Shown here: piece after piece, positions 50,902 to 64,000 of the stretch
Numbering within the stretch: the stretch's first letter is position 1
Layout: each line of letters starts with the position of its first letter
Source of the DNA: Marsupella aquatica
Lineage: Eukaryota > Plantae > Marchantiophyta
Direction: 5' to 3'
NCBI GenBank assembly: GCA_973895155.1
Contig: OZ316892.1
Coordinates: forward strand, 5,354,510 to 5,418,509
Length of the DNA stretch: 64,000 nt
The notes under the pieces: generated by a model
Told to the model about the DNA's origin: nothing
Database searches by the model: none
The model's input: the letters and a program-made list of their open reading frames with translations, nothing else
Program-made: the position numbers and the translations under genes

Positions 50902-51286
50902 GCTCATCAGTTTACTTTGTACTTTTCAGTGATCTGCATCTCACTCCCACCTCACCGAGCTGGCTTCAATTTATTCTCCGCTCTACATCTCTTCCTACCG
51001 CCCCTCTATTGTTGATTAGGACACTTGTTCAATATTCCACCTCGCGCATTTATCACCTTTTTGTTCTCTATCTCTCTATCTCTCTATCTCTCTTCTCTCT
51101 TCTTCTTCTTTCGAGGAGTGGATTGTAATGGACCTCTGTGTGTCTTCTTTCATCAGGCTACTGACCCAACTGGTTAGTAGTGATCCTCTTGGATGTACGT
51201 ACTGTAGCTGTTTCTTTGTACTCTGCCGTCGTATTGTTATCGTTGATTGGCTCATCAGTTTACTTTGTACTTTTCAGTGATCTGCA
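50902..51286. mobile_element. About 311-bp insert flanked by a perfect 37-bp direct repeat
   Basis: GCTCATCAGTTTACTTTGTACTTTTCAGTGATCTGCA at 50902-50938 and 51250-51286. The insert is pyrimidine-rich and UTR-like. Confidence 0.6.
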
Positions 51287-54200
51287 AAAAACCTGCATTT
51301 GTCATTTAATTAATAAACTAAAAAATCTCTCGCTGATTTTTGGGTGACATTCATAATCTACATACAGAGCATCCTAAGCTTCTCATATAAACAAGTTCAA
51401 ACTAGGTGAAAGGAGGAAATCTTGCTGATTACCCCGTGATTACCTCCTGTAAGCCCATTCTCATGAGGGCGTAAATCTGTCGGATACAACACTAAGGTAA
51501 CAAGGAGGCCAACTCTTTCCAGTAATCGTACTCCAGATAAGGAATTGCACGAATATGAACATGTTAAATAATATCAAGTCTGGTTTGACTACATGCCCAC
51601 AAAATGCAATGCCCAGAGACGGAAATCAGAACCATCGAGTCATACAAATTAACCACACTTTCATCCCCGTGACGAATTCGCCAATTGATCAAGTTTCATC
51701 AATCATGGCGGTCAGCGGACTTTGATGAAGCTCGAAAGAGGAATGTAGTCTGATTTAGTCTGCTAGATGGCGTGACGATCAAGGCCAACTCTGTGCATGA
51801 GTCTATCCTCTCAAACTGCGATATCCCGTCTTGTGATGGAATCAGTAGTAGGATATACTGAATAAACCACATGGAGTAAAAACAAATGCCAAAATAATGC
51901 AGAAAGATCTTTGTGAGGCCCGAGGCAATCATAATTCTTTCGTACATCATCTTGACATTGTAGTTTCCTTATTCGTAACCTCGAGCAATTGTACATTGCC
52001 ATAGCTATCCTCTTCACTTCGGGTGAAATCTTATCTTGCTCTCATTATCTTTAGATGGAAGGATTGCGAGCAAAATCCACGCAATCACGTGGCGTAGCGA
52101 TAAACCGCGAGCTTCGATTAACGAAAGTCGGTTGCGTTAAGTCGTCACGGCTCGAGAGGTACTACCTGTAAAGTCCCTTTCCGATCAACCTCCTTGTCAC
52201 GAGGGGTCGACATGTGACGATTATGAAGTCCAGCTTTCAAGATTGGATGGTAGCCGACGGGAGTGTTGGCTCCCCAGTGGAGTTAAATGTCTCGTAATAA
52301 CTCTAGATCGAGAGTACAGTATTGAGCTCCTTGACAGGACTGTCCCACACAGAGGAGCAGTATTCTGCCACGGTCGGAATATTCTAATCTGCGAGAACTG
52401 ACAGATATATCGTAGGACCAACAAAATCACGGCGACATTTTCACAATGTGCCGACTGCTGCCGAGCCCACCACCCTGACAGGTGAAGATGTACCGTAGTC
52501 ATCTTTGCCAGTAAGGGAGATTTACAACGTGACTTCTGGACCGCCGGAGTAGAGTCAGAGAGGACATCTGATCGAGGCACAAGGACCGACGCAATCTATT
52601 TGCTTTTTCTCATTCCTTCTTCCTTAATGCTCGAGGCTGAGCTGCTTTGTGGACTGTTCTGATGGGTAAGTTTTTCTTTTCTTTTGTTTATTTGATTGTT
52701 TCATAACTCTGACGAATGAATGAAACTGCATGGAACGGCTCTGATACAAAGCGGTAAACCTGTGAAGGCCAATGGTCGAAGAACAAGCTGCAACAGCAGA
52801 GATGCCGATTTAACAGCAAAGGCGGGGCGGGGGGCGGGGGGGGGTGAACAAACACTAAGGAACCCCCGGCATCACTGCCAAAAGAGCGACTCACAGCCCA
52901 ACTAGAGGCACGACCAAGAATGGTTCGCTTGAGTGAAGGCTAAGACCTGAAGCTGCAAACTAACAAATTGCCATCCACGGAGTCGGCCAACTGAGAGACA
53001 TCAAAGTGCAATCCGCAGAAAGCTTTCCAATATAGAGGTGTCATCTTAGGGTGCTGGGTAAAATGGTCGAAAGATCAGGCACGCATTTGAAGAGACAATG
53101 GCCAAATCCTCCACAACAGGTATTCCAGAGGAGGATGCCCGGACATAATTTTAAAATCCTTCCACATGATGCGACTATGAACATGATGCGATTTCCTGAG
53201 TATCATGAACACGATCATGAGAAGCAAATAAGTTAAGCTTCTACCTGTCCAGAAAATCGGTGCTTGACAATAAGAAACAGCCCCAGATATGTCCTCCGCA
53301 CTGCTGAAGTGTTTTGTCAAGTACTAACCAACATAAACTGGTAATGTACTTGAACCGGGAAGGCTTTAATCAAGTTTTGATACCCAAAAAAGCCAACATG
53401 ATCCAAGCTAGATAAAGCCGCAAGGGGTACTGGCGTTCCTTAGACAGAGATTGAAGAAATTGATGGAGCAAACACGCTACAGTTAACCAAGAGAATCCAT
53501 TGGCTAGGCGAACTGAATTCTAGTCGGTTAACAAGTTTGTGCAGAGTCTCCTGTGAGTTAATTTCCCATGCTTCAATAGTTAACTACGGGTCGGACGTCT
53601 AGATTTAGTTCCTAGATAGACATCCTTAATGCTGTAGACCATGTCGAATGAGATGGTCCACTCTCCCAACACCTCAAATTCTACTACTCTGCAATCTGTT
53701 ACGATTCACAAAGTTTCCTCTCATGAGTTTCTGAACGTCATGTTCGACTTTTCCGAAACAGTTCACAACTTCGTGTCTTCTGACTTCGGATATTCTTCAA
53801 CTTTGCGTTTCATGAATCTTCTGAGAAACTCTCCTGGATTTCATTATTAATACTCTTTAATTCGAACGTCGTGTTCTGAATCATTTGAAAGAGTCTCCTG
53901 GAATTCATGTTCCAGATTTTCCGACACTTTTCAGAAGCTCAACCTTCCTTCAGAGAATCATCGCTTAAACTCTTGTATACTAACACTTCTGTACTAATCA
54001 TCGTGCATGTTTCAAGATTGTTAAGGGCTCAGTATCTTCCAATGTAAACCGTTTGGGTTTACTGGTTGAAATGTCAAGTTAGTTTGATGGCTGCAAATTT
54101 GTTGAAAATCTCGCTGAATGATTTTGTATATTGTTTCTCCCGACCCCAAAAGACAACGATGCTTTTTTAGTCTGTTGGGTGAACCTATTATGTCCTAGAG

Positions 54201-55302
54201 GAATCAATTGAGATGGCTGTGTGGTTAACGTGTGTGTCGACGTCACAAGCTTTTCTGTATTTGGCTGCACAGCAATGGTCACGAGTACTCAACGATTACG
54301 CGTGCCTGGTTGATCGGTATTTTGGAGGTCAATGACATTGAATTTCAAATAAGCAGAGCATATCACGCTTTTCCTTACTTCTGCGAGAAAAAGGAGATTC
54401 CTTAGAGGTACCAGTGCACATGTTATTACGTAGCAAATTGGCTGAACTCGTCAAATTGCTCATCAGCAATCCATTTGTAACAGACTCTAAAAAGGATCGT
54501 TCAACTACCACCCCTCGTCTCACTCCTAATAAAGCCCCTTTCATAGCTCTTTGTCAGAAAGGACTCCCTCATAGAGTTCAATCTTAGGGTGGCCAAGTTA
54601 CTAGATAAGATGTAGCAGACATTTGTGATTTGTTTTCCGCCGAAGTAAAGTGGAGGGCCACTTCTTCAGTTGTTGGAAAGATAGACTGGACACCAAATAT
54701 CTTTTGAAAAAGTTAGGTAAATGATATCCCTTGTGAAGAAGTCAAAGTTTGGAAATGTTTGGACCACCTCCAGAAATAAGCACTCACATCAGCGTGGGTC
54801 CCCAGGTGGTCTTCAATTCTAGACAGAATAAGAACTCCACATCATTTGCTTTTATTTGGGCCCACAGCAGATGGGAATGGGTCCTGAGTTCAAGCCAACT
54901 ACGATAGTTTCTAGCTAGTCCCTCATTATTCTGTCGAGATTTAACCTTACCTGCCGGGAATAAAAAGAAGTAACCACCCTTAGACAAAATCTATTTAAAT
55001 TGTAGAATGCAATGTACCAAACACGTAGAGAACCTCGATCGGCCGGAGCTGGGGTTCCACGATGTGGTGGACGTTCTTCATTATCGAGCTCCTCAGAAAC
55101 ATGTCAGATTCATATATTCAAGCTTGGTAAAAACGCGGGCAAAAAATCAGAAACATGTGGGTCCAGTGGCCCGACAATGGAAGTAGCTGAACGGCTCCGT
55201 GCAACTGAGCTTCCAATATGTAGCATCAGTATCAGCTTATCTACAGGTGCACCCTTGAGAACGTCTTTCTTAGAAACTCTGTAGTCCTACAAAGGTGTCC
55301 CA

Positions 55303-55477
55303 GATAGGACCACGTTCATGCCATACAAAAAAGCTTATTCCTAGCCAGATGATGCACTGGCAAATTGCCAACCTGATTCGTAGTTAGCAGACTCTGCACT
55401 AATCAGGTTGACAGTTTGCCAATGCATGCTCTGCTACCTACGATAAGTTTTTAATATGGCATGAACGTGGTCCTATC
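55303..55477. mobile_element. Fold-back element or MITE-like hairpin
   Basis: Perfect 23-bp terminal inverted repeat GATAGGACCACGTTCATGCCATA, with pairing continuing inward (tgcactggcaaattgccaacctgatt with aatcaggttgacagtttgccaatgca). Confidence 0.85.
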
Positions 55478-55857
55478 CAAACATCAATTCCTATCGTCGT
55501 CCTATTTGTAACGTCAATTTCATTCTCAGGATTAGACCTGGGTGCATGGTCGTGTATAGTAATTGCTAAACCTTTTTTGGCGCTTCTTTTTTATGACCTT
55601 CTTTTTTATGACCTTCTTTTTTATGACTGTTGTTGGTTTGGCTCCAAGTGTCTACCGAGCTATGGTATCTGTGCACTGGTCTTGCCCGCACTGTGTGCAC
55701 TGAACCTGGCACGTCACTAAGCAATAGAAACGCACTTGATCGTGTGGGCCACATGCACCTAACTATATATATCAGCAGTGAGCATCAACATCAACATCAA
55801 CCCCTAGCTACCCCACACACAATTCATAGAAACTACAAGGTTGGCACTGTAAGTATA

Positions 55858-56560
55858 TCTTGGCCGTCTATGAACCGGGCTCTCAAAAAGCCATCCAAGG
55901 CAAAACAGGGCAATGCCTCACCGCAGACACCGTTGTAGCAAGCCAAAGCATCTGAAGTATCGTTATCGGTGGAGCTTCGGGCCCCGGCACAATGCCCTGC
56001 CCACGAACAAGATGGAGGGCTTGGGGTTCCTCCGCCACAGAAGTTCCCGGCTTTGTTGTTGAATAGTTGGCGCCGGTGTTACACTTGCCATTGGCGAACA
56101 GCGCACCCGCTGCATTAAGTTTGCATACGACCCATGTTAGTTTCGTTCCAGATTACGTTTGTAAATATCAAAGCGGGGAACATGATCACGTAGCTCGACG
56201 CGAAAATATGGTTGAATGTGTTCTTCCCAATTTTACTTGTTCCAATTGTTTGTTTGCAACGAATCATGCCACAAAAGGAATTGTAGATTGAAGGTTGCAA
56301 GCTAGACATTAGCGGAGTTTATAAATCTGGATTGTGTTTCAGACATATCGTGATAACAGAACGCATGCCAATGTAACGAAGCACGGTCGATGGAAGGAAG
56401 GATGATTGCAGAGTTTCACTCACATATTGAATTGATACTGTTCTCCGCATCCGCATGATTTTGTAGTCTCTTGAATCGATCCCGGTGGATCGGACTGATA
56501 CTTACAGTACCACGACTCGAGGCTTCTACGTGTACGTGATCAAAATTATCGGTGATGATC
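55858..56560 (+). repeat. Ancient dispersed repeat, homologous to 26170-26865
   Basis: Same collinear blocks as the partner copy; both translate to ...VSFVPDY... or LVSFQIT... depending on frame. Confidence 0.7.
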
Positions 56561-56870
56561 TCAGCAGTGTCACGAGACATGTACATGGCGGCCCAAGAGA
56601 CGAAACTTCTACACTAACAACTTTTACAGACGTTGCCACTCCAAGTCAGTAGATGAGATTCATCACTCCATGCTTGCAATTGCAATGTGGCAAGCTGTTT
56701 ACATTTGGGCCCAAGAGAGGAACTTTCTACTGCAGTACGTACTTTTTCACGCTTTGCGTCTCTAGTCAATTTGATCAGTCCATTCTTTTTTTTTTTGCCA
56801 ACCACCACTGAGTCCAATATAAAATGAGAGAAGTGTCCAATATTTCTCACTTGTTCACATTTCTTCTCTA

Positions 56871-56985
56871 GAGTGAGACTTTGCATAATTTCACGTAAAA
56901 AGTCTAAAAAGTGAGACTTTGCTTAATTTCAAACTAAAAAGTCTAAAAAGTGAGACTTTGCTTAATTTCAACTAAAAAGTCTAGA
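56871..56985. repeat. About 40-bp tandem repeat, three copies
   Basis: agtgagactttgcttaatttca..taaaaagtcta repeated three times. Confidence 0.9.
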
Positions 56986-57354
56986 AATGGTGAAACCTGG
57001 TGGATCCAGGTTTTGTCATGGAGAGTTGCGCTTTAAAGCTGACCCATCCAACAAAGGATTGACAATCAACTGCCCCAATAGGATAGAGGATCAATTCCCC
57101 ATCCAGCAAAGGATAGACTGAGGATTGCATACAAGGGGATAGTACCCAGGGATCCTCTAGGACCCAAACCAGGAGGGAGAGGGTTCACCAGGACTCACAG
57201 GGGGGTCATATTGAAGGGAGAGAGGGTTCAACCAGGACTCACAAGGGGGTCATACCCAGGGACTGTGGGGTGGCCCACAAGGGGGTCATTTTTGGGGATC
57301 GAGCCCAGACCAGGAGGGCGAGAGGGTTGAACCAAAATTCACAAGGGGGTCATA

Positions 57355-57574
57355 TTGAGAGACTCTACAGTTGCATACCGAGTCTCCACAATACAAGATC
57401 TCTCTATCTCTCAACTAAGTCCGTAATAATGAGGGTGAGTTCCTCCTATCCAAACAAACACCGCTTAGAATATATTGTGCAACCTAGTTAGCCTAACCTA
57501 GTCTGTGCCTAAGGTCAGGTCTAATTACCGTTATATATAGTCGTAACCCTAGACCTAAGAGTAAACGTCTAACA
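57355..57574 (-). mobile_element. Truncated LTR related to the 344-bp solo-LTR family
   Basis: Reverse complement starts TGTTAGA and contains GTTAGGCTAACT and CTCATTATTACGGACTTAGTTGAGAGATAG...GGTATG, as in the solo LTRs. It abuts short gggttcaaccaggactcacaagggggtcata repeats at 57175-57357. Confidence 0.7.
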
Positions 57575-60500
57575 CTTTCTTTGCAAACAAGTACTATATC
57601 AATATTATTCGTGGGAAGTTGATAGTAAAAAACTTGAAAGGAAATTGAAAATTAATCTTCAAATTATGAATGGAGAGGTGAATCATGGTTATGAGTCAGT
57701 TTATATGCCCGTTTTTGCCATTTTTATGGTCCATCCAATCATATTCTCGAGGGCCTCACTCCAAAGGGGGTCTCATATCACGGGTGAACTTTTGGGGGAG
57801 TAAACACCCTAAATCATAAGTAAATGAAGTTTTTCAAGGAATTTTTTAACCCCTAATTTTTTGGAATATTCTCATTGTGGTTTATAAAAAACCCTGTGAT
57901 TATTATGATTTGAAAATTAAACTTAATTAAAACTGCCCTAATTTTCTCACAGAAATTGAAAAGTATTTTACTAAACCCAATAGAAACCCTATACCTATAT
58001 GTGTGTGATGGTTTGGATCATATTGCCAAAACTAGTGACCAATGGAAGCTTTAGGTTCTCAGATTGTAAACATGCTTGGGATTATTGAAACATACATTTT
58101 AACTAGAATGCCAATTTATCATGAGCATTTTGGAATGTCATCTAATTCTAAGCTTACAACTAGATAAGCCTGTATTTGCAATTTCTAAATGCGTAGTTAA
58201 ATACTATGTCTACTCCCTAACAAATTATAGTCATAAAAATTTATAAATACTACAAACCATTATTAAAAGAGTCAAGGCCCAAGTCATCAACTCAGAATGA
58301 TTTGATCTCCATCCAAACCTTGAAGCGGATGAGATAACAAGGTACTCTTTGTGAGAGAATAAAAGTATTTATTCTAAGTCCATGTACTTAGTTAAAGCTT
58401 AAGTGGGATTATTCTATATTCCAGTCTATTCCAAACCTTTTGCCCTAAACAATTTTTTTACCTTGCATGCAATCCACTCAACACATGCACCTTTACCTCG
58501 CTTATTGGATGATCAAATTTTGATATAAAAATTAATAAATACTTCATTGAATTTCAAGCAACGATTAAGAAAAATATCAAATTTGGAAAATGTAAATGAA
58601 TACTCCTCTTTTGATATGATATATTTGGGAATCACAAAAAAGATATAGTTTTACCTAATTTATTCAGTTTGGAAGACTTAAGTTTACTCTAGGATGATAT
58701 TTATCTAGTCTAGTATATGAAAGAGCATAGTGAGATGCCAAAAATCCAAGAAAAAATCTAGTCGTCACTAGTGAGGCTAGATTTAACACAACTCTAGATC
58801 AATGAATTGAAATTTACATTTTCAAAAAGATATTATATATCAAGTGTATTGTTGCTCAACAGATAAACTATAAAAAAATTTCAAAAACATTATGTAACAA
58901 CTTGTATAGTTTTGCCTTAAGCATATATGTTGCCCAAGGGATCAACCAAAAAAAGCCACTAAAATCCTGTCCGATCAAAAATAGGTATTTTATTCAACCC
59001 ATTTTTACCAAAATTAATTATAACATTAAAAGTAAAATAAAGTGTGTATGACACAAAAATAAAGAATATTTTTGTGGAACTTTTTTGCATTAAATATTTT
59101 TAATAAGATTAAATCTATCATTTAAAATCTATATATTACAAAAAATATTTTTAGATTATCTTCTTTACAAAATGGAGGTAATCAGTTATTCGATGATCAT
59201 ATTTAGCAGTATTCTAAAATTAATGTAGTTGTCTGAGAGTCCTTACAATTTTGTCTTAATTTTGAACTTTGCAACAAGAGTTGTTAGCTTGTTAGAGAGT
59301 TTGCATCTCAAGCAATCTATCTTGGCTCCAAAGTTGATAGATTGGATTATTTATTTAGGAATGTGTCTCCAAACCATCAAAAACATGAAAAAAAATCATC
59401 AAATTAAGTTGTCATTTTCCTCCTTTTTAATGATGAGAAAAAAAACTTTTAATATGATGGGCAAACAATAGCTCTAATGAAAGGTAACATTAGTTTTGGA
59501 TGACACTTAAAGTATATTGGTCATGGCCTCAAATATCATTAATAACAAATCAATCATTGACATTTCAATGTGTAAACAATATGTTGTGTGACTAGATTGA
59601 TCTTTATTTTCCTTCTGAGATACTTGTTGCATGTAGGTGGACTAAGAATCTTGGCTTTGAAGTTGAAAAAAATCTTTTATGTTTGATTGGCAGAAGTAAA
59701 ATCAAAGAGTTGTGTAAGTAAGCCAACCGGCATTGTTAATTTGCACTAGTTGGTTTCCAGCATTATTTAGAAATACAAAAGCTTGAAAATTCTAGATGCA
59801 TCAAGATCACCTTTTAGTACTAGAGACAATGAACACTTGTAGACTTCTTTTGTGAAAGTTATGATCTTATTTTTTCACTAATGGAGGTCCCTCTATGATA
59901 TGAGTGGGGGTTAATCTAGTTATGCATTTTAATTTTTGGTTTTTGAAAAAATAATAAATTACTAAATGACAAACTAAAATAAAATAAACATCTGAATGAA
60001 AAATATTTACCAGTGGTGATTAGCAATAATTTCATAGATATATATACTTCCAATTTTTGGTATTTGAAAAAATGACAAATTACTAGATGACAAACTAAAA
60101 TAAAATAAATATTTTAATGAAAGATATTAACCTATGGTAATTAGCAACAATTTCATAGATATATCCTGGCTATATCAATATATTGAACCTTACACAAAGG
60201 TGATGGACTTGCATGTAGTAAAGATAAGATGACTCGTATTTTAAGCAAACTTCTCCAAATGGTTTTTTAAAAAACCTTTTACTTAGGACTTGCTGATTTA
60301 TTTAGATAAATCCCTGAATAAATGAGCAAAACAATTTTCTTAGCTAACTTATTAAGTTGTAAAAGTCCTCAAAAAGAAAGTAAAGTAGCTTGTCTTGTAG
60401 TGTTGCCCACTCAAAGAGATTCTAATCATAAGTAAAATCATTAATATTATTTTTGAAATTAGCTATGGATGAATTTGTGTAAATCACTTTATAGCAAAAA

Positions 60501-63324
60501 TAAAGTAGTTTTTGATGACTTGTGCCCTCTCTTCACTCTTGATGGCCTTACAAAATCTTGGCCCCACCCTTATCCCCAGGTGTCATTTTCTAGTACATAA
60601 TTGTTATAGTTTTCAAAAATTGATGAAAATTTTAATTCATGTTTCTTTCATAATGATTTATTTAATAACATGTAAGTCATGCATAACTATAAGCTTAGTA
60701 ATCAACTATGAGTAATATTGTTGGCATTATATTTAGTTGTTTGTTTTTCATACTCCTTGGCTTACTTACATTCTTGAGAAGAGATAGGAAATAGAATGTG
60801 TACAATGTGTAGACAGAAATTGTATGTGTGGAAAGTACTCTTGTGGTCTCATTATGTGGTCATTATATATGTACAGGCAAATCAGGAAGAAATTTTGTGT
60901 GCTCAAGGAACCCGGTCAACGAGAAGTAACAAGTCCCAGGCTTCTGGAGACTCCAATATAGTAAGCATATACTGAGAAGTTTTGCACGATTCTGTAAATA
61001 ATCATTTATAGCTTGTCATTGGTGTACTACCATATTTTAAAAAGCTCACCAAAGACTGTAACTTTTGCAGAATTTTGAAAAGCTCACCAAAGACGCCAAA
61101 CTAGTATGGTGCATGAGAGCCATGGGTTTGATGAAGACCTGCGAAGTGGAGGCCAAATTGCGCACGTTTGTAGCAGATACGAACAAGCGGTCAAAGACTA
61201 CCCCCAAGCCATTCACCAAACACGCTCAAAAGAATGCATCTGAGTTAAGTATTGGACATGGTGGCCAGGTGGATTGTAGAGCAGAATGTAGTGATTGTTA
61301 CACATCTTTCGGCTTTAAATGCCGATGGCCAACAAAGGATCTTTCCTGAAAATGCTATGAAGAAAATCGGGGAAGAGGTACTTACTACATAGATAGCATA
61401 CCTGCATCGCTCTATGAATGGCACAAGCTAGACAGGTTATGAATATGATATTATACTTCGTATCCGTTGACTGACAAGTGACAATGATGTGATGAAGGTG
61501 TGGCAATAAATCCTTTTATGAGAAGGCTGATGGCAGATGGTCCCAATGTAGAATACAAGAATCGACCTAGATTCACTTACGGGGCTCCCTTTAACTATTG
61601 TTGACATTGGCTGTTCAGAAAGCCCTGCTTGATCAGTTGGGAACCTCAAATCCATGCTTGACAGAAGGTCCAGTAGGATTGAGAATGACATTGAAACTGG
61701 ACCTGTGAGTGGAAACCTACCGTCCTGCACATGGAAGCCAAAGTGGTGCACAAAGCACTAAACAAAATAGCAGGCCGGATGGTGGTTCTGATCAGCGCAG
61801 GAAGCAAAGGCCGGATGGTGGTTCTGATCAGCGCAAGAAGCAAAGCAGTAGACCAAATGATCCAGAGTCAAGGTGAACATAAGAGAGACTTGCTATCATG
61901 CATTTATTTCTTGACTACATCTTCGTTAATGTTATTCATCGCATATTTCACTTAGTGTTAGAGTGCAAATTTATTCTCTAATGTTATTCATTACATATTT
62001 TAGTGCTAGTGTGCAAATTTGATAATACCCGCACAAGATGCCAAAGTGAGGCAAAGAATGCAGATCAGACAAGGAGGTTGTTGATACATATTATATGTTG
62101 TTGCACCCATGGAATTATCCTGGCCATTATAGCATGTTCATCCTGGAACATGTCTTTGTTTTTGTCTTGTAATGATATGTGATTCATTTGATTTATTTTA
62201 TGATAAAAGAAATAGGTACATGTATAATATATGCCAATAAATTAATATCTATGAATTAAGAGTGAGTGACATAATACACATGCAAAGAAAAACACATTAT
62301 GACCAGAAAGTACAAATATACTAAAGAGTTGTGTACATATAGTACATATTTTCACTTGCGTCTAGGTTATGATAATCAATTTAATTAAAATTTCATAAAT
62401 TTTGTAAAAGACACCAAGAGGGAACTTGGTACACCAAATGTACACATTGTTCAAATTCATTTCTCTCACTCTCATGAGAAAAAATATAATTCACTAAGGA
62501 GTGATTGAAAATGAATGATTAAATATTTATGAGGGGAGCCAAATATATTCAAAATACTCTAAATTCACTAAAATTAAAAGTGATACAAAAGTTAATTCAA
62601 AGTCAAATTAATACAAATGATTCACCTAGTTAAGGCACATTAAAAAAAATTACTGAAGACAAAATCTGAATTAAAGGTGGATTCACCATAATTATAGCAG
62701 CTTCATAATTTGATCCTGGCCATATTGCTAATCAATATTGCTAATAGTTGTCAATATGCATAAGTTTAATATCAGGCAAGGCAGGTTTTTACCTGACCCA
62801 ATTTTACTAATAAATAGTGAATAGAAGCTAGAGTTGGCGTCTAGGTTTCTAGAATGAAAACTCTAAATCTTGACTCTAGGGTCCCACCAAATTTTGCAAA
62901 TGGAAAGAACTATGAGCCATCTTTCTTATTAACTTTCAAAGAATGTGCATTCAGGGTACTAGTAAGGAAAACCCAAGTATTGATAGTAGTCATATAAAAC
63001 TCAGGATTGAACCACGCTCAAAACTCGTTCCTCAAAACAGACCACATTTAATGTTCGGGCCGGAGCACATATAATAGTGTTTGATTAATATCCAGAAAGC
63101 CAGGGATTCACCCTGACCATTCAGATGCACAATATCGTGCACCGTCCAGCTGGCAATCATCGCATACCGCAACAAAACATATCGACATATCGTAGGAGAC
63201 AAGAGATGGGGACTAAAAATCTGGAAAGAATTATGAACCTCGAGTCCCGTTTTCTCCCGTGTAATGCACTCCCTCGGGAAGCCCAATTGCCCAGCTTGGA
63301 TTTGTGGGCGTAGCATGTACGAGG

Positions 63325-63961
63325 ATGGAGATTGCGCTGGCAGGAGCGCCAGCTGCTGTGGCAGGAACTGTGCCTCTGTCTTCCAGTCCTAGAAGATTTG
63401 TGAGTCCCTCAGCTCTGAGATGTAGGACTGAGCATAATCAAAGCAAATCGCGAAGCCCAGCTTCTGTTGCCCATTTTCCTTCTCACGGCCGTGTGGGCGG
63501 ATCGGATGGGCGCCGCCGACGAGTGCAGGTGCAGCTCCAGATTGACCGCAAGCGCTATTTTGAAGAATCCCTGAGGCGTCAGGAGGTGGGATTTTGCCCC
63601 TTGTCATGCATGTTTGGAGTTTTAGGTCGTCCATTGGTGTTGAGTTGGGAAGTTGTGTAATTTCAGTGGAGATGTGCAGTAGGAATTGTGCTTAAATGGC
63701 TGACTCTGTTCAGTTTGCTTTAGTGGTCAACATATTCTTTGTTTTTATGTCAGCTGGTGCACGGTTGTTGCATGCAGGCTAGGAAACATAATTCTACTGA
63801 TTTCGATGGTCAGTGCTTTCTGATGGCTACTAGTAGTGCAGGAAGAGGAGGCACGAGAGGCGGAGGCGGAGATTACATGTCCTGTTGACTGTGTTCGAGA
63901 AGTCCGCACCTATGCTGAATTTGAGAGGGTTTTACATGAAGCGGAGCTGACGAACACTCTG
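63325..63961 (+). CDS. Thioredoxin-like protein (chloroplastic thioredoxin-like 4 type), first two exons 63325-63585 and 63842-63961; continues beyond the window
   Basis: Ser/Arg/Ala-rich transit-peptide-like exon 1. Exon 2 encodes EEEAREAEAEITCPVDCVREVRTYAEFERVLHEAELTNTL, matching the recalled CPVDCVREF...LEKAKETNSLVVVDF segment before the TRX active site. Confidence 0.8.
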
Positions 63962-64000
63962 GTATGTGTCTTTCTTCATCGAAGGTGCTGACATTCTTTT

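Noticed and set aside
51440-53330. Membrane-protein gene from hydrophobic short ORFs
   Set aside because: No phase-consistent exon chain or recognisable domain could be assembled.

Overview
Eukaryotic, intron-rich plant nuclear DNA, most likely from a non-seed land plant (inferred from the class III sirtuin and the CRE-type retrotransposon). Most of the six-frame ORFs are noise, so genes were rebuilt by hand from GT-AG junctions. Supported genes: a divergent glyoxylate/hydroxypyruvate-reductase-like gene running off the left edge (-), an 18-exon DNA ligase 1 (-), an 8-exon SIRT5/CobB-type sirtuin (-), a small 3-exon gene encoding only a MED15a-like central helical domain (-), a tentative 4-exon orphan gene with a 12-nt microexon (-), and the first two exons of a plastid thioredoxin-like 4 gene at the right edge (+). 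Mobile DNA: a 5'-truncated CRE-like non-LTR retrotransposon (RT plus restriction-like endonuclease) with two short copies of its 3' end elsewhere in the window, two 344-bp solo LTRs with clean 5-bp target-site duplications (TSDs), a related LTR fragment, tRNA-derived SINE-like copies, a fold-back hairpin, an insert flanked by a 37-bp direct repeat, and several degenerate tandem arrays. No CRISPR array, rRNA or prokaryotic system is supported. Family assignments come from recalled motifs, not database searches. The best leads are the probable HPR pseudoenzyme, the recently active CRE family lacking a poly(A) tail, the stand-alone MED15 domain protein and the SIRT5-type deacylase.
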